A stretch of DNA of 64,000 nt from positions 9,599,507 through 9,663,506 of the forward strand of contig CM074523.1 of NCBI GenBank assembly GCA_037379345.1. Reading direction: 5' to 3'. Made by a program: the position numbers and the translations under genes. The stretch is from Perna viridis. Its lineage: Eukaryota. Positions 40,001 to 54,200 of the stretch are shown here, piece by piece. The number at the start of each line of letters is the position of its first letter. Within the stretch, counting starts at the first letter, position 1. The notes beneath the pieces were generated by a model. It searched no databases, was not told the origin of the DNA, and was given only the letters and a program-made list of their open reading frames with translations.

Positions 40001-43000
40001 TGTACATTAATAAATTTGTCGAAATGGCCCTTTCTACGCCAAACTTTTCCTTTAATTTCCAACATTTTACTTAATTGGTCCATATTTTTTCAAACTTGTT
40101 ATGAATACTATGCTGAATGTATCCAAATTTTTTACATTTGATATTTTTTTTCTAAGAGTTACTGAATTCTACCAAATATAACTAACTTTGACTTGATATT
40201 CCTGAATTGCCCTATGTTTTTATTCTGTTAATAAACGTAAATTGGCCTATTTATGTCATACATTCCTTGTAATAACTAATCAACTTGAACATAATTACTT
40301 AAATGTTTAGTAATTACTCGTTATATCTGAATGACCTTAATTACTGTTACAAATATATACATGTAGTAAGGCGATTTTAAGGGAAGGTTCCACACTAAAA
40401 TTAAAGTAGGGACTTTTTGGGTTGCTAAGGGCTTTAAATGAATTGTAAAATAATAATTGGAACCAAGGTAAGCAAAGAACATGAGTATTTCGTTGTTGAT
40501 TTTTGTGGTGTACTTCAATGGCTCAAATAGCGATCGATGATTCAATTATAAATACATTCTTCTGCTTTTTTATAAAGCCAGAAACATACCCTGCAAAGAA
40601 AAGAACTTTTTCCTACGATCCCTTTACACAGTTGATCTGGGTCTGTAATATTCCTTAGTGCTGAATGAGGTTTGCAGGTTTTGCAGCATTCACGTTCGGC
40701 ATACTGACAGTCTTGAGGTGCTGTTTTGTACATCTGTTGGCATGTCCATCCGTTTGAAAAGACCTTGCCTATATTGTCCCCATACAGGCAATTTTCTTTA
40801 AAACACGAAGAATGTAGGCAATACATTATTGCTTTTTTTCTATTTGACGAAAACCTGAGTAGGTTTTTTAATAATGTGTTATAAAACAATGCAAAACATA
40901 CTAAATTTTCATCTAACTCCCGCATTTCTTTGCAAATTGCCGAAAAAAGAACTCGGCTTTGTTCAACAACACGCCAATATATATTGAGGTATGCCAACAT
41001 ATAAAATATGTTTTAAAATTAAAATATTACAGGATATTTCTAAATCTCACCGTCAAATGTCGTCACTTTGATACATAATGGTTTTTTAACAATTAGTGGA
41101 GTAAACACATATATTTACCGTAGTTATGCATTTAAAATATTAACATACCGTCAGCTGTAGGTGCGTTGATGTCACTTTTACAAGCACTAGAGACGCAAAC
41201 CTGCAAAAATAAATCAAAATTTTGTTGTTTACTGTTTACACTGAAATTGGCATTGATCCCTTCTGCTAATTATCTATCTGGTAGTTAAACCGACAAACTA
41301 ACCCATATGGAATGTTCGTCATTCACCATTTTGTACGGATACAAGACAATGAAATATCATCCCATTAAATTCCGCCAGGCATATACAAAGATTTTTCTAT
41401 ATTGCACGCAAATACTCCGTTGAAAACCATATGAACGTTTAACCTAAATACCTGTCCAAAGTGAACATATTTATACAGTCTAAAAGGGGTTCGATTTAGC
41501 ATCTATTATAAAATGATAAATTCTCAACTATAAGGTTATGTTATACACATACCTTCTTATCTCCACAAAGCGTTCCATCACCTGCTATATAATCAATGCA
41601 ATGTGAATTTCTCGTTGGATCCTTACACCACAAACTATCACAAATCGATGTATAATTTCCATTGTATCGATCCTAAAAAAACCACTGAACCAATTACCAC
41701 AATAAATGCTTTCCAATTTTATGCTTTTTATGCTTTTCTTTTTACTTAAATCAAAGTATTTTCTCGATTGTTAAAGTGAAATAAATCTATTATTTCACAT
41801 TATAAAACAATTTTTTGAATTTGTGATATTTTCATATGGAAATTGGGTATTTGCATCCAACAAAATCCCGATAAGACTCAATTCCAGAACCAAGAACATG
41901 ACATGTAGCCTCTAATATTTTTTCCCTTATAGGAATCTATCAATGTGTTTATTGTAAAGGATTCAAACTTCATAAGGTTGAACAAGCAATAGAAATTGTC
42001 TCGTTTGTTTACCCAGGACTTAATTTTTTATGAGCAACTCGGAGGGTGTTTCTAGAAAAGCAGAGGACGCTTACCCTATCGGTGCACCTGGTCCATGCTC
42101 CCAGTTTGTAGTGGAGTCCGAGTTGCTCATTTGCATTTGTTGCTTTGTATGTATGATTTTAGTTACTGTATGTTCTTTGTTGTGTATGTCTGTTTTCCAT
42201 GTCGGGTTTAGTCCCAACATTTGCACTGCTGAAAGTAGTGGAAAAGAAACTCCCAGTCTGAGCAGAGTTGGGTTGTCCAGAAACTCCTTTACCAGAAATA
42301 CTAACTGTTGATGGGGCTTGATTTCCAACAACATCTATGAATTAAGAAATGTAATTAAACCCCAATGAAATTAGTCAAACAAAATATTAAAAGCTTAAAA
42401 AATTGGTGCACCTGGTCCATGCTCCCAGTTTTTAGTGGAGTCCGAGTTCCTCATTTACTTTTGTTACTTTGTATGTATGATTTTAGTTACTGTATGTTCT
42501 TTGTTGTGTATGTCTGTTTTCCATGTCGGGTCTTTGTCCCTGGATTACATTCTTTTGATTACCGCTATAACCTTGGTTCCCTTGATTACTCTTCCTAAAA
42601 TTCCAGCCATGAATTGACCAAATAAAACATACCCTACAAAAATATGAACTATTTCCAAGCAGGCGTTTGCAGAACTCATCTGGGTTTGAAATACCATTCA
42701 ATGCGAAAAGTGGTTGGCAAGTCTTGCAACATTCATGTTCAACGAGATGACAGTTTCTAGGTGCCGCCTTATACATCTGCTTGCACGTCCAACCGTTCCT
42801 AAACACTCCTCCGATTTTATTACCATACAAACATTTTTCTTAAACGAAAATAATGAATGTTCTTAAATTACTAAACTCATCGTATAAAATAAGGTAAAAT
42901 ACAATGTGCCTTTGCTTTTTTAATTCATTATTTTTCATTGATACCAGACTATTTTTGTATATTAAGGAATAACACAAATGAGAGGTCTCGTTGAATCACC

Positions 43001-46000
43001 ATTCATATTGTTAATAAAATCAATGACAACAACAAATTCACTTTTGAGTAGTGCAATTTCTTTTTAATTCTCCGCTTCTGCACATTTATTTTATTTGTAG
43101 TGTTAGATTTGTTCTATGTACCGTTTTTCTTACTTTTGTATTTATATATTTTGACCATGATTTGTTTGTTTTTTTAGATTTGGTTGTATTTTTGTTTGTT
43201 TGTTTGTTTATTTGTTTTTGTTTTTTGTTTGTTTTTTTGTTTTTTGTCATACAAAGTAAACTTACCGTTTCCTGGTTTAGCCCTTTCATTTATTTTGCAA
43301 ACGCCAGCAAGACACATCTACAGAGAACAAAAAAGAACTGAGACTAATCAGCAAACGTGCATACATAAATCAAGGTACTTTGTAAAATGTAGTACGCAGT
43401 TTGAAATGAAAAAAAAAGGTCCAGTAACACTTAACTTTCATAATTGAGCTGTTATCCCTCAAGCTTCTATTCCTATCGCTCGTCATATTCATTGCTGATA
43501 ATTTGAACATTTATTGCTTAGGATTCCATGTATCGCTATTTTTTTTTTCATTCTTTTCATTCTTTAAATACTTTTGTGCTACGTTCATTGATCAATCCCT
43601 CACCGTTCTTCACTTGGAAAATGTGAAGATACAAATCGACGCTAAATCGGCAAGTAGGTGAACCATTATTTATGAAATAACGTAATGTGATTGAGTCATT
43701 CAAAGAATCATTGCGAATCGGATGTGAAATAAAATGTGAAATGTCAGCTTAGCAGGTTTTGTGGCTACCATGTTAATTGCCAGTTTGATATTGCTGCATA
43801 ATGCAATAAAGGTCTTGTCTGCAAAGAGTAGAAGAAGCTGGAGACAGTTAGTCAGGTACAGCTTTAGTTACCTTCAAGTGGTGTTGAAAAAGACTTGGTT
43901 ATTGTATAATGTACGCAGTGCAAGCAACAAAAAATCAACACGAGGTCTTTCGAAATTACCTTGGGAATAATCAGTCACGCCCTATAGGTATTTCAGAATG
44001 AATGCATATGAAAGTTTAGTTCAAAGATTTACATTAGTCAACGTGTCGTAAAAATTAGATTTAGTTAAGTAATAATTTACAATAATAAGATGAAAGTGTG
44101 TGTGTAGTGAATGATTTTTTGCATATGCAGTAGCCTTACGTAATTGTATAATGCAGCTTGCACAATAATATGTTGTTAAATATACGTGTAGTTATAAGAT
44201 ATTTATGATAATAATTTAAATAAGTAACTCGTAGCCATTTGTTCCTCGCCGCTTAGAGGACATAAGTAAGTGTCATTATATCAAATTCGCACAAAAATTG
44301 AAGAAAAAAAATACAGCGTTTCCGATACCTTTTCTTTTACAAAAATGAAATTGTACAAAATGCAAACGACATATTTTTCGTTAATTTGCTTTTTTCCTTC
44401 ACAATCATACCTTTTTATCTCCACATTGCGTGCCGTCTCCAGGTATGTGATTGAAGCAGTAGGTTCTATTATTTGGGTCTGCACACATCATTCCGTTGCA
44501 AATTGAAGTGAAATTCCCGTGGTATCTGTCCTAAAATGTAAATATTTTACTTATGGGACACAAGGACAATGGGGTCGACAAATCTTGATTGCCACTGTAA
44601 ATAGGGAGACATGGGTAGGGTCGGGCAATTTAGCCTCCTGTGGCGGAGCCCTATGGTTCCTACTCCGGGAGAATACCACAGTAGGGTTCTTTAACGTGCG
44701 AGGAACGTGGCATCTTTCCCAACACGGTGCACCACTATGGTTAGCGGTCAGGTTTTCCGTATCATAGCCTGACAGCCCCAGCATGTAACACGCCAGGGGT
44801 ACCCCATTCCACCACCTGGGGCACACATCCCAGTTGCTCTGTGGGCAGAGCGCCCTAGCCCCCGGCTAGGGTTCTGAGCACTATTTAGTCGCCTTTTGCG
44901 ATAAGCTTAGCGCTGCTGCAGGCCTATTCTTTTAACACCCGGACCTGCACGGGACCTGAGTATGAGTTGCATAGCCCTCTAGCAGGAGTAGTCGCAGAGG
45001 TTGGTGTTTTTATATCAATTCTCAAAAATACCGCTGTATATTTTGTAACATAAAAAAAATTAAAATAAAAATGCAACTTTCTCCATTCGACTAATAACAA
45101 CAATAATTATGTTTGCACCGTGTGAAAACCAACACAGGCAAAACTATTCATGCTTAAGTTATGTGAATCGTGAATCGGACTTACGTGCAATTCACGTGAT
45201 TTGTACGTAATAGTCTATTCATATGATTTTGATGTAATTTCGATGTAAACATTTCATATGAACAGTACTTGTGTGCTCGATTCAGCTAAACTTCTTTTGA
45301 CGAAAAGTAAAATTGTGTGAAAATATGTAGCCTGTGTAACGCAATTTGTCCACATTTTAGGCCTAGGAGAAAAAGCAAGTAACAAAGAAATAAATCCATT
45401 TTTGACGATTTGTTGATTCTCACAATGAGTAAACGTATATCCGTTCTAAACGTTGTTAAGTGTCGTTTAAAAAGTAATAGCATTTCTGCTATATTTGATA
45501 TGTATTTGGTGTTTGTTTTTCTATGTATACTTTTTGTTTTTAGTGTTTGGTGTTTTGTTCTTGTTTGTTGTAATTTTAGTGTTCCATGTGTTGCCTTGCC
45601 ACTTTTGTACGTCGTCGGTGTTGTTATACCTTCTGTAAGAAATAGGTATAATCTCAAGTTAAACCATTGGAAAATCACAACAAATGAACGTACTTATTTA
45701 AAATTTCAACATATTACGCAGTTCTGAACCTGGTTTGGCTTAAACATATACATGTATAAGATAGCTTCGATTTTGTAACCTACATGTTTCGTAAGTATAA
45801 AACATACCCTACAAAAGAAAGACCTCCTTCCATGGATGTGTCTACACTGTTCATCAGCATCATACATTTCACCAGGAAATTGATTATTGAAAGGGGTCAA
45901 GGCTGTTGGGTCATACTTGGGACCCTGTTCACGCAAACAATTTGCTTCTTTGCTAAAAGTATACAAAATGTGTGTTTATTATACGATATTGGCAAAGTAA

Positions 46001-49000
46001 AAGTTTAAAGTAAAATATACCTTACGATAAACAAAATAATAGCCATTATCATTTGTATCCAAGCATAATTTAGTTTGATTTGAAACAGGTTTTCTGGTTG
46101 GTTGGTTCTCTTTGAGCAAACAATGTTATTTCGTATGATATGGCTTGGTACTATGACGTCATTAACGTTGATTTGTCCACGATTCAAGTAATTCCATAGA
46201 AAGAAGCGTTTTGATTACCAACCGGTAATCAATCTTTGAACTTTTATTCATTAAAAATTAAATTAAATGCATGTTAATAATTTTTAACAGGTTACATTGC
46301 AGGAGGGGAGAAATTATTGCGACAGTTGATAACTACCATTTCAAAAATAATTTTCTATCTGAATTTTATCAAATCTGTTCGTCCAAGAAGACGTTGATAT
46401 AGTTTTATTTTAACACATATTGGAAGTCATAATGGTATAGAATTGTAGCTTTACAATTTTCTCGTATTTCTGTATGATAATAAAGCGGTGTTCCTAAAGC
46501 AAAAATATCTTCTAAATCAATCAAATGTATCATTCTGCTGCATTGCATATTAAACAGCAGTTATGCTATACCCACGCGTCTAGAGAATCTAGTTTAGTCG
46601 TGAAATAATTTGTTGAACAAGATGAAAATTTCCAGGGATTTGTTGCTGTTACTCCCTTATGTATACTGCTGACGGCCGCCATTACAAAACCATCTTCTCC
46701 ATCACAGACATTACCTTTCCCATCATGTTCAGCACTAAGGCTAAAAAAGTAAAAAATCATTTGGTTAACATAATAGAGAATTTTATTTTTTTTCAGTTTC
46801 ATAGATTAAGATATAATATATAAATATAAAGCTCTTCTTTATGTCACTTAAAGCAAATCGATATACTCATTGTAGTAATTTTCAGGGTTTGTACTCCAGC
46901 ATTTAAAACATAATTTAAAAGTATCAATTAGTAAATCAATCCATAAATACACACCTATGGCCAAGTTCGTGAGCTGTGGTTGTAATAATTCCAAAGTCAA
47001 ATTGATCTTCAATAATTGACTGGCTTGAAGGTCCGCATATAGCGCCAACATAAGCTAAACCTTGAATGAAAAAACAAAGAAAATTAAAAAAAAACAGTTA
47101 ACCATGCACACCACAGGCAAAATTTGGGATTTTAATATTCTTATAATAAAAATAATCATAGATTTCCTGCCCGTTGGCCACCAAAAATTTGACCCGATCT
47201 TGGAGCAGTCAATGAATTCAAATCAACTTTTGAAAAGATAAATGTTAAATAAATTCTTTCGAATGATTCTTTATCAATAATTAGAAAATTATTCCTCAAA
47301 TTTTCCTAAAACAGCATGGTAAAATAAGTTTCAATGTTAGTTTGTAATCCGACCATACATCATAACGTTATGAAACAAAGCCAGGGAAAACAGTCCATAG
47401 TAGATCAACAAATCAAAACAGAACAAAACAGAAATTCTTCTGACTAAAATTTCCCTTACCTATATTTTCAGCGATACTCAATGCAAAATATTCCTTCATA
47501 AGTAATATGGGACGCCGATAATGCAAAGCAATACGAAGTAACCAACTCTTTATACTAAAATGACCTCAAATCGTATTTGTGCATTTCAAAAATTGCAAAA
47601 CAAATATATAAATGCAGATCAAATGTGTGTAAAAGTACCATTATTAAAATACTTCATTTTAACAATCTTTAATTTGAAGGAAAAAAACTATAAAAAAAGT
47701 CACATAAATGTCCTGTTCACGTTAAAAGAGAATGGAATATTAGTCGTGGTACACTAATTACTTGGAGATAAGAAGCAATTGTCACTGGTAATATTAATGA
47801 CAAAAGACATTCAGTCAGTATACCAGAATCAAAATTCACAAATGAAGAAATCAATCAAGTTTACATTAGCAGCTAGTAATGTGGTACAATGATTAGACGA
47901 AATACCATCACGTTTCAAACATCAATATTATAACCGGAATTGAAGTCTAGGAATTTTAATACAAATAAAACTATAAGGAGATGATAATAAAGGCAACGGT
48001 GTACATGAATGCGAGGTTTATAGGAAATCTTTAAGTCACGATTGGTGCAGCTAAAGTACTTTTCCTGATCCAAACTGGCCAACTGGCCACCGTTAACATA
48101 TTTATGAAATCAGTGTTATATAATATATTTTAGACACAGTGGTTATACAGTTGTTTCAATTAATTGTTAAATTTTCTTAAAGCGACAAAGTCACTCTGTG
48201 TTTTAATTATCACCTTATTATTACCTCGAGCTAAATGTTATTATAACGACATATTTCTAATGTCACCAAAGTTTTAAAACAGAATCATTACCTATATTGT
48301 TGGATGATCCATTCCTTGTTAAATCATACCTACAGTGAAAAAACATTATTGCATTGTTTGTCGTTGCATTCAAAAGTGTATGAAGTTGAATGTAATTTAT
48401 ATAATTATAAAAGGAGAACACAACAAAATAAAAGTAACAAAACTGAACGATAAATACGTTAAGGAAAATTAAACATAGGTAGAATTGAAAAACTGCAACC
48501 TATTTACTTTTAGGAGGATTAAAAGGTAATAAAACATGTGCATCGTTAGGGTTAGGGACAAAACTCTTTCAAAACATTCGAAAATTTGTATTCACCATTT
48601 TAAAACACACTCGTCTAAGCATCAGTGTAACATGGGCTGATTTCATTTTCTTTCAAAGGAAAGCTTAAAAGGCTTTTTGTGAAATTGAAAATGATACAAA
48701 CATAGCACTGATTTCAAGAGTTGTCTCCTTTTCCCTATATCTAACTCCTTAAATATCTGTATATTTGTACTTGATTTTTTTAATTTAAATATGTATATAT
48801 TTAGGCTTTGTAAACAATCTGTTTTTTTATATTTATTTTTACTTTTGTGATATTGAAATATCTAAACGGAGTGTGCTTAAATGTACTGGCTTTATTTTGC
48901 CAAATAAATCAAACATCATGGTTTCCTGAACTCAAATTAGTAAATTAACCAATTCTCTGTAGCAAATATTATGATGAAGGCACCGTTCGAATATTTTCAA

Positions 49001-51193
49001 TTCGATAGTACTTCATAAGAAAACAGATGAGCAACATTACTTAGTAAAAAGCATAGAATGGTCCATTTCAGGTAGTGGTTCTGGTTTTTGCTTTATCCAT
49101 TCACGAAATCTTTCTAGACTATTATCGGAATCTATCGAAACTCTCTCTTTCGTTGTGTTCTTTATACCCTCTGTCCAAGTTGAATCAGTCTCTGTCTATT
49201 GAACAAGAAATGCTTTAACTTATTTGTGAACTTTGACAAAAACCATTTTTGAATAAGAGAATACAGACACCTTGACATTCCTGTACAATTATTGCGGCTT
49301 TTAGTTTTAATATTTAAGGATACCAAATTGTTTTATTCCTCCTTATTTTATACAGAAATTAGCTAATAACTTACCTTAGCAACAATAAGTCCACCAAAAA
49401 CAACGGAAATAGTGTACGCAGATGTCTGAATGTTCTTGTAAGCAGCATCCATCTTTGACAGAATATAAGAAAAAAATGATAGATATACAATTATTTTGTC
49501 GCATATCTTATGCTACATAGAAAGGAAAAGTCGATTGCGTGTGACATCCTTATTATGAATTTCAATAACAGAAATGACATTATGTTTTAATACTTAAACA
49601 TACCGGTATGATCTTTATTCATTTTCATTTATACAGAAAACTTTAAAAATTAAACACAAATTCGATTAAGGACCAAAAAGGGAGCAATGACAAATATGAC
49701 ATATACATGATTGAAACAATAATAGGCACATAACAGAACACTTCTTCGAATAAGTTACATACTTATAAACATCATATTCATATCAGATGACGGATCGTCG
49801 ACCTTATGCTATCAATACATAGTTACATGTGCTAAATAAGGCTAAATATGAACATAGTTTAAGTATCAATCTTTTTAAAACGATCAGACAGAAGCTGATC
49901 CATGTATGTCAAAAACCCAACAAATTAAGTTTTGTTTCTTGTTCAGAAACGTTTACTGATCATATAATCCATCCTAGTTTTTCCTTTGGTTGTTGCGCTA
50001 TTAAGATAAAAATTATATAGATTGCACATGAAATTGGCACTTTTCAAGAGTTATCGTTCTTGATTTGATTTCATGTGGTTGATTTAAGTTGGAGATGAAT
50101 GTATGATTAAAAAGTGTCCCCGTGCAGGTCCGGGTGTTAAAAGAATAGGCCTGCAGCAGCGCTAAGCTTGTCGTATAAGGCGACTAAATAGTGCTCAGAA
50201 ACCTAGCCGGGGGCTAGGCGCTCTGCTCACAGAGCAACTGGGATGTGTGCCCCAGGTGGTGGAATGGGGTACCCCTGGCGTGTTACATGCTGGGGTTGTC
50301 AGGCTATAATACGGAAAACCTGACCGCAAACCATAGTGATGCACCGTGTTGGGAAAGAAGCCACGTTCCTCGCACGTTAAAGAACCCTGCTGTGGTATTC
50401 GATAGGAGTAGGAACCTTTGCGCTCCGCCACAGGAGGCTAAATTGCCCTACCTTACCCATCCCCCCTTTTTCCAGTGGCAATCAAAATTTGTCGACCCTA
50501 TTATCCTTGTGACCCATCCTTTTTTTTCATTTCATGTTCATTTTATCATCCATTTCATGTTCATTGTCTGAATATAGCTGAAATATTGCTGCTCGGACGT
50601 TAAACCCCAACAAACAAACAAAATTCTAAAAAGTGCAGATCTAAATGCAAAAATGATTATCGCCATGTGAAAGTAGTATAACATATGTAGACTGAAAAAG
50701 CATCGTTTGTTTGGTGGGGTTTCCTTCACCATGAATCACTTAAAAATTGGCAGTGTCTGAATTTTATGTGGACTGGTAGTTAATAATTATAGCGTACATG
50801 TACATGTGTATATATTTTAATGCTCATTTTTGTATTTCAAGCAGTGCAGAAAAGGTGTTATTGTGGAGATGATATAAAAATTATAACATATTTTTGTTAT
50901 GTAGATACAGCATATTTTTTGTGAAAAAGTATGATAAAATAATAAAACAAATAGAAAATATACATTAACAGAAATGCGATAGAATGGAGTTTATTTTGAT
51001 TTGTTTAATGTTAGTTTTAATATCTGTTTATCTCGTACAATGTATACCAAAGGATGATGCTCTAGAATATGATGGAAGTCTAACATCTAACACTTCTCTT
51101 TGTATAAAAAGAAGCGAGACAAACATGATAGAAATATATTGTTCTGGGTATATCCTTATCTCCCTCTGTAAGGTTTACCCATGGACAATATAA

Positions 51194-51225
<32 letters not shown>

Positions 51226-54200
51226 GTTTTTTTTTAAGGCAATGGGAATATTTGTGGTATTCGATTTAACTATACCCCATTTATAACAAATGCATAATAC
51301 TGTCGGATTGACTTATATGCATCTTCAACTTTTTCTGCATCTGATGATTTTCGACTCAGATCGTACCAACTGAAAGAGCAAATAATCTTATAAGATAAGC
51401 AGATATTTGGTACTAAAACCTTTCATATTCTCTCAAAAAGTATCAAATCGTTACATCAGTCTCTATGCAATGACTGGAGGATAAATAAGAATAAGAACAC
51501 TTATGATAGTATTTCCTGAGAAAATATATCTAAATATTCTTATGAAAATTTACCAACATTAAGCTTAAATTACCTCAAAATAAATAGTACATTTGCTTTT
51601 TATACATTTTAATAAAGTATATTGCTTAAAATAACACTCAAAACTCAAAGTAAAAAATATAATAATTGCATGGTTTTATTCCAGTACTTTGCATACTTAC
51701 TACTGATAAACGGAATAATCAGAGACTATCAGTAGTTCTACATTATAGGATCCTGCCGCTCGTTTCTGTCTGTGGTCACTCACGTGTTCGGTGCTTGTAT
51801 TTGTGTCGTTTATTGTTTCTGATAAATGAAGAATTTATACTACAAGTCGTTTCTAAACAATTCCTATAAATACATGTACAACAATTGATTACTATAAATG
51901 TATGTTACGCTTGTTAATTTTATTTTCTGTTAGAAATGTTCATTCTATAACATACCCTTCTCTTTCGTCTTCAAAATCTAGCCGTATACCAAAAAAGATG
52001 TGCCATTGTGAACAAACTTTCACACAAATGGTTGTCATTAATATACTACTATTTTTTTTAATATTACTACTAGTGGACTTTATTACTTTTATTGTCGAGA
52101 ATTTTGAGAGCTTGCTCGAAGGTATGTTTACACTTATTGATGACCTTTTGATGATCTCTGTAAGTATTTACTATTTTGATAGGGGGATTACGATGGTTGC
52201 GTTTGTTGGGTTTCACCAGATATACTTCTATTCAATACACTTAGTAATAAACTTTTTTCATTTAATTTATAGTTCAAATATTATTGATTAGAAACAGATA
52301 GAACAAAATTTCACAAGCTTATCATAATACAAAATATCGGGAAGTTTATCACTTTCATTAAACTTAATTAAACATTTTATGCAATTACCCTAATAATGTC
52401 GTTTTTTTTCAGATACATAAATGACATCAATAATGAATTTGAATGAAAAGCAATTCTTACCGTCGATAAAATCTGCATCATTGGCAATGAGAACTATTTT
52501 CTCTGTTCGTATATCAAATTTGTGGTAACCAGGATCTAATGTAGCAGAATCCGTGTCCTTGGACTGAATTGTATACCAATTAAATTGACCTTTGAATCTC
52601 CCTATCTGAGAATTATTGGTAAAACAAATTCTTACGTCAGTTGTTACAAATGTTAAAAAAAGGAAACAAAATTGTTGTTTACTCATATATTCTATACTGC
52701 ATCATTTAAAAAAAAATATCCGACTATGTCAGATATTGGAGTATTTCTAGAACAGCAGATGATGCTTACTCCACCGATACACCTGGTCCATGTGCCCGGT
52801 TTTAGTTGATCCATTGCTTCTGTTCATTTGTGTATTTTATTTTGACCATTTCATGTTCTTTGTTGTATGTATCTGTTTCCCCTGTCTGGTGTTCATCCTT
52901 GAAATAGATATGATGAATCGTCACTCAAGTCATGGATCCCTTGATTACTCTTTCGACATAATCTTACAAATGAAAATGTCTCAGACACAAAACACAATTT
53001 AGGTACGTACCATGTTTATATTTGTATCATCTATCCTCTGTACAGCAAATGATGAACCTGTGTTTTTATCTTGATAAAAGGTCGTTACCTTCAAATAAGT
53101 AAGTGGAACGACTTAAAGCGTGAAATATTTACTTCTTAACGATGATATGTACAGTTGTTATTTTAAGTATGACAATTGTTAGAACAAGGTACGGATGGAT
53201 TTACGATAGAAACAACTGAAATTATATCGTAGTTTTGTTATGGATTCAAATACACAAAAATATATTTTTGTACATATAGATACATGTAGGTACATGTACG
53301 TGGAACGTTGATGTAATATGGCAGTCACTTACATATGAATTTCTCCAATGGATCGAAGATTACTTTTTTTTTAAGAATCAGACAAAATTGGAAAAATCTG
53401 AAACATGCATATCAACGTCCCTCCTACGTGACAATGTGGTATCCCTCAGGCATGCATTTTCTATTCGAAAAAAAACAATGTTTGATGTCTGAATTACTGG
53501 ATTTTCTCAGAAATTTCTCAATAGAATGTTGGTAAGGTGAGGTTTTTGACAGAGTTATCTGCCCTTAAAATGTTCATTTGCAGAATATTTCAATGAAAAT
53601 CTAACTCAATTTAGCAAAGTGATATGGGAATCTTGTCTTTTTTCCTTGATTATATTGGTGCAAATGGTCAGATTATGCTTTCAAAATTGTTAGTTTTTTA
53701 TACCATGTTTCAACTATTGCCTGATTATTACAGTGACTGACACTTAAAAAGAACCATTAAAGGAAACAATTGTGATGCAAAAAAATGGATATTGTTTAAG
53801 TGAAGCATTGTTGTTATTGGACCTGCCTGTTTGTGACTGCATAATCACGAAGTGCATTGCTAGCTATATACAGTACAGACTTTCATATTATATCACATAA
53901 TACGAACCAATAAATATTTAAAAACATTGTGATAATTCTAACCCAATGTAGTGTGTATTCTCATCAATCAAATGAAACAATTTACGAAATGAAGTATTAG
54001 AGCAGAATTTGTTTTGCTTTTCATCTATTAATTGGCATATGAAAAAACCAAGCAGTCTAAAAATGAATCTTTAAAAATCACAATTAAGGTCCTTTTTTTA
54101 GTTGAAATTTGTACATATAATTACCTCTTCGTCTTGCAGACTTCGTTTCCTAAGATTCCCATTTTCAAAAACAGTAACCGGTAAATTTGTATTGACTCCA

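Noticed and set aside
36420-42838. Calling the six-Cys modules ShK toxin domains
   Set aside because: The terminal CCxxC spacing fits PLAC better than ShKT (CxxxCxxC).
44551-50571. ORFs beginning MCPRWWNGVPLAC in two places
   Set aside because: Incidental frames within the two SINE copies; they diverge and end differently.
53330-53580. Helentron/DINE-like fragment (agagttatctgccctt motif; similar words at 48716 and 50046)
   Set aside because: Only a short motif recognised from memory; boundaries unsupported.
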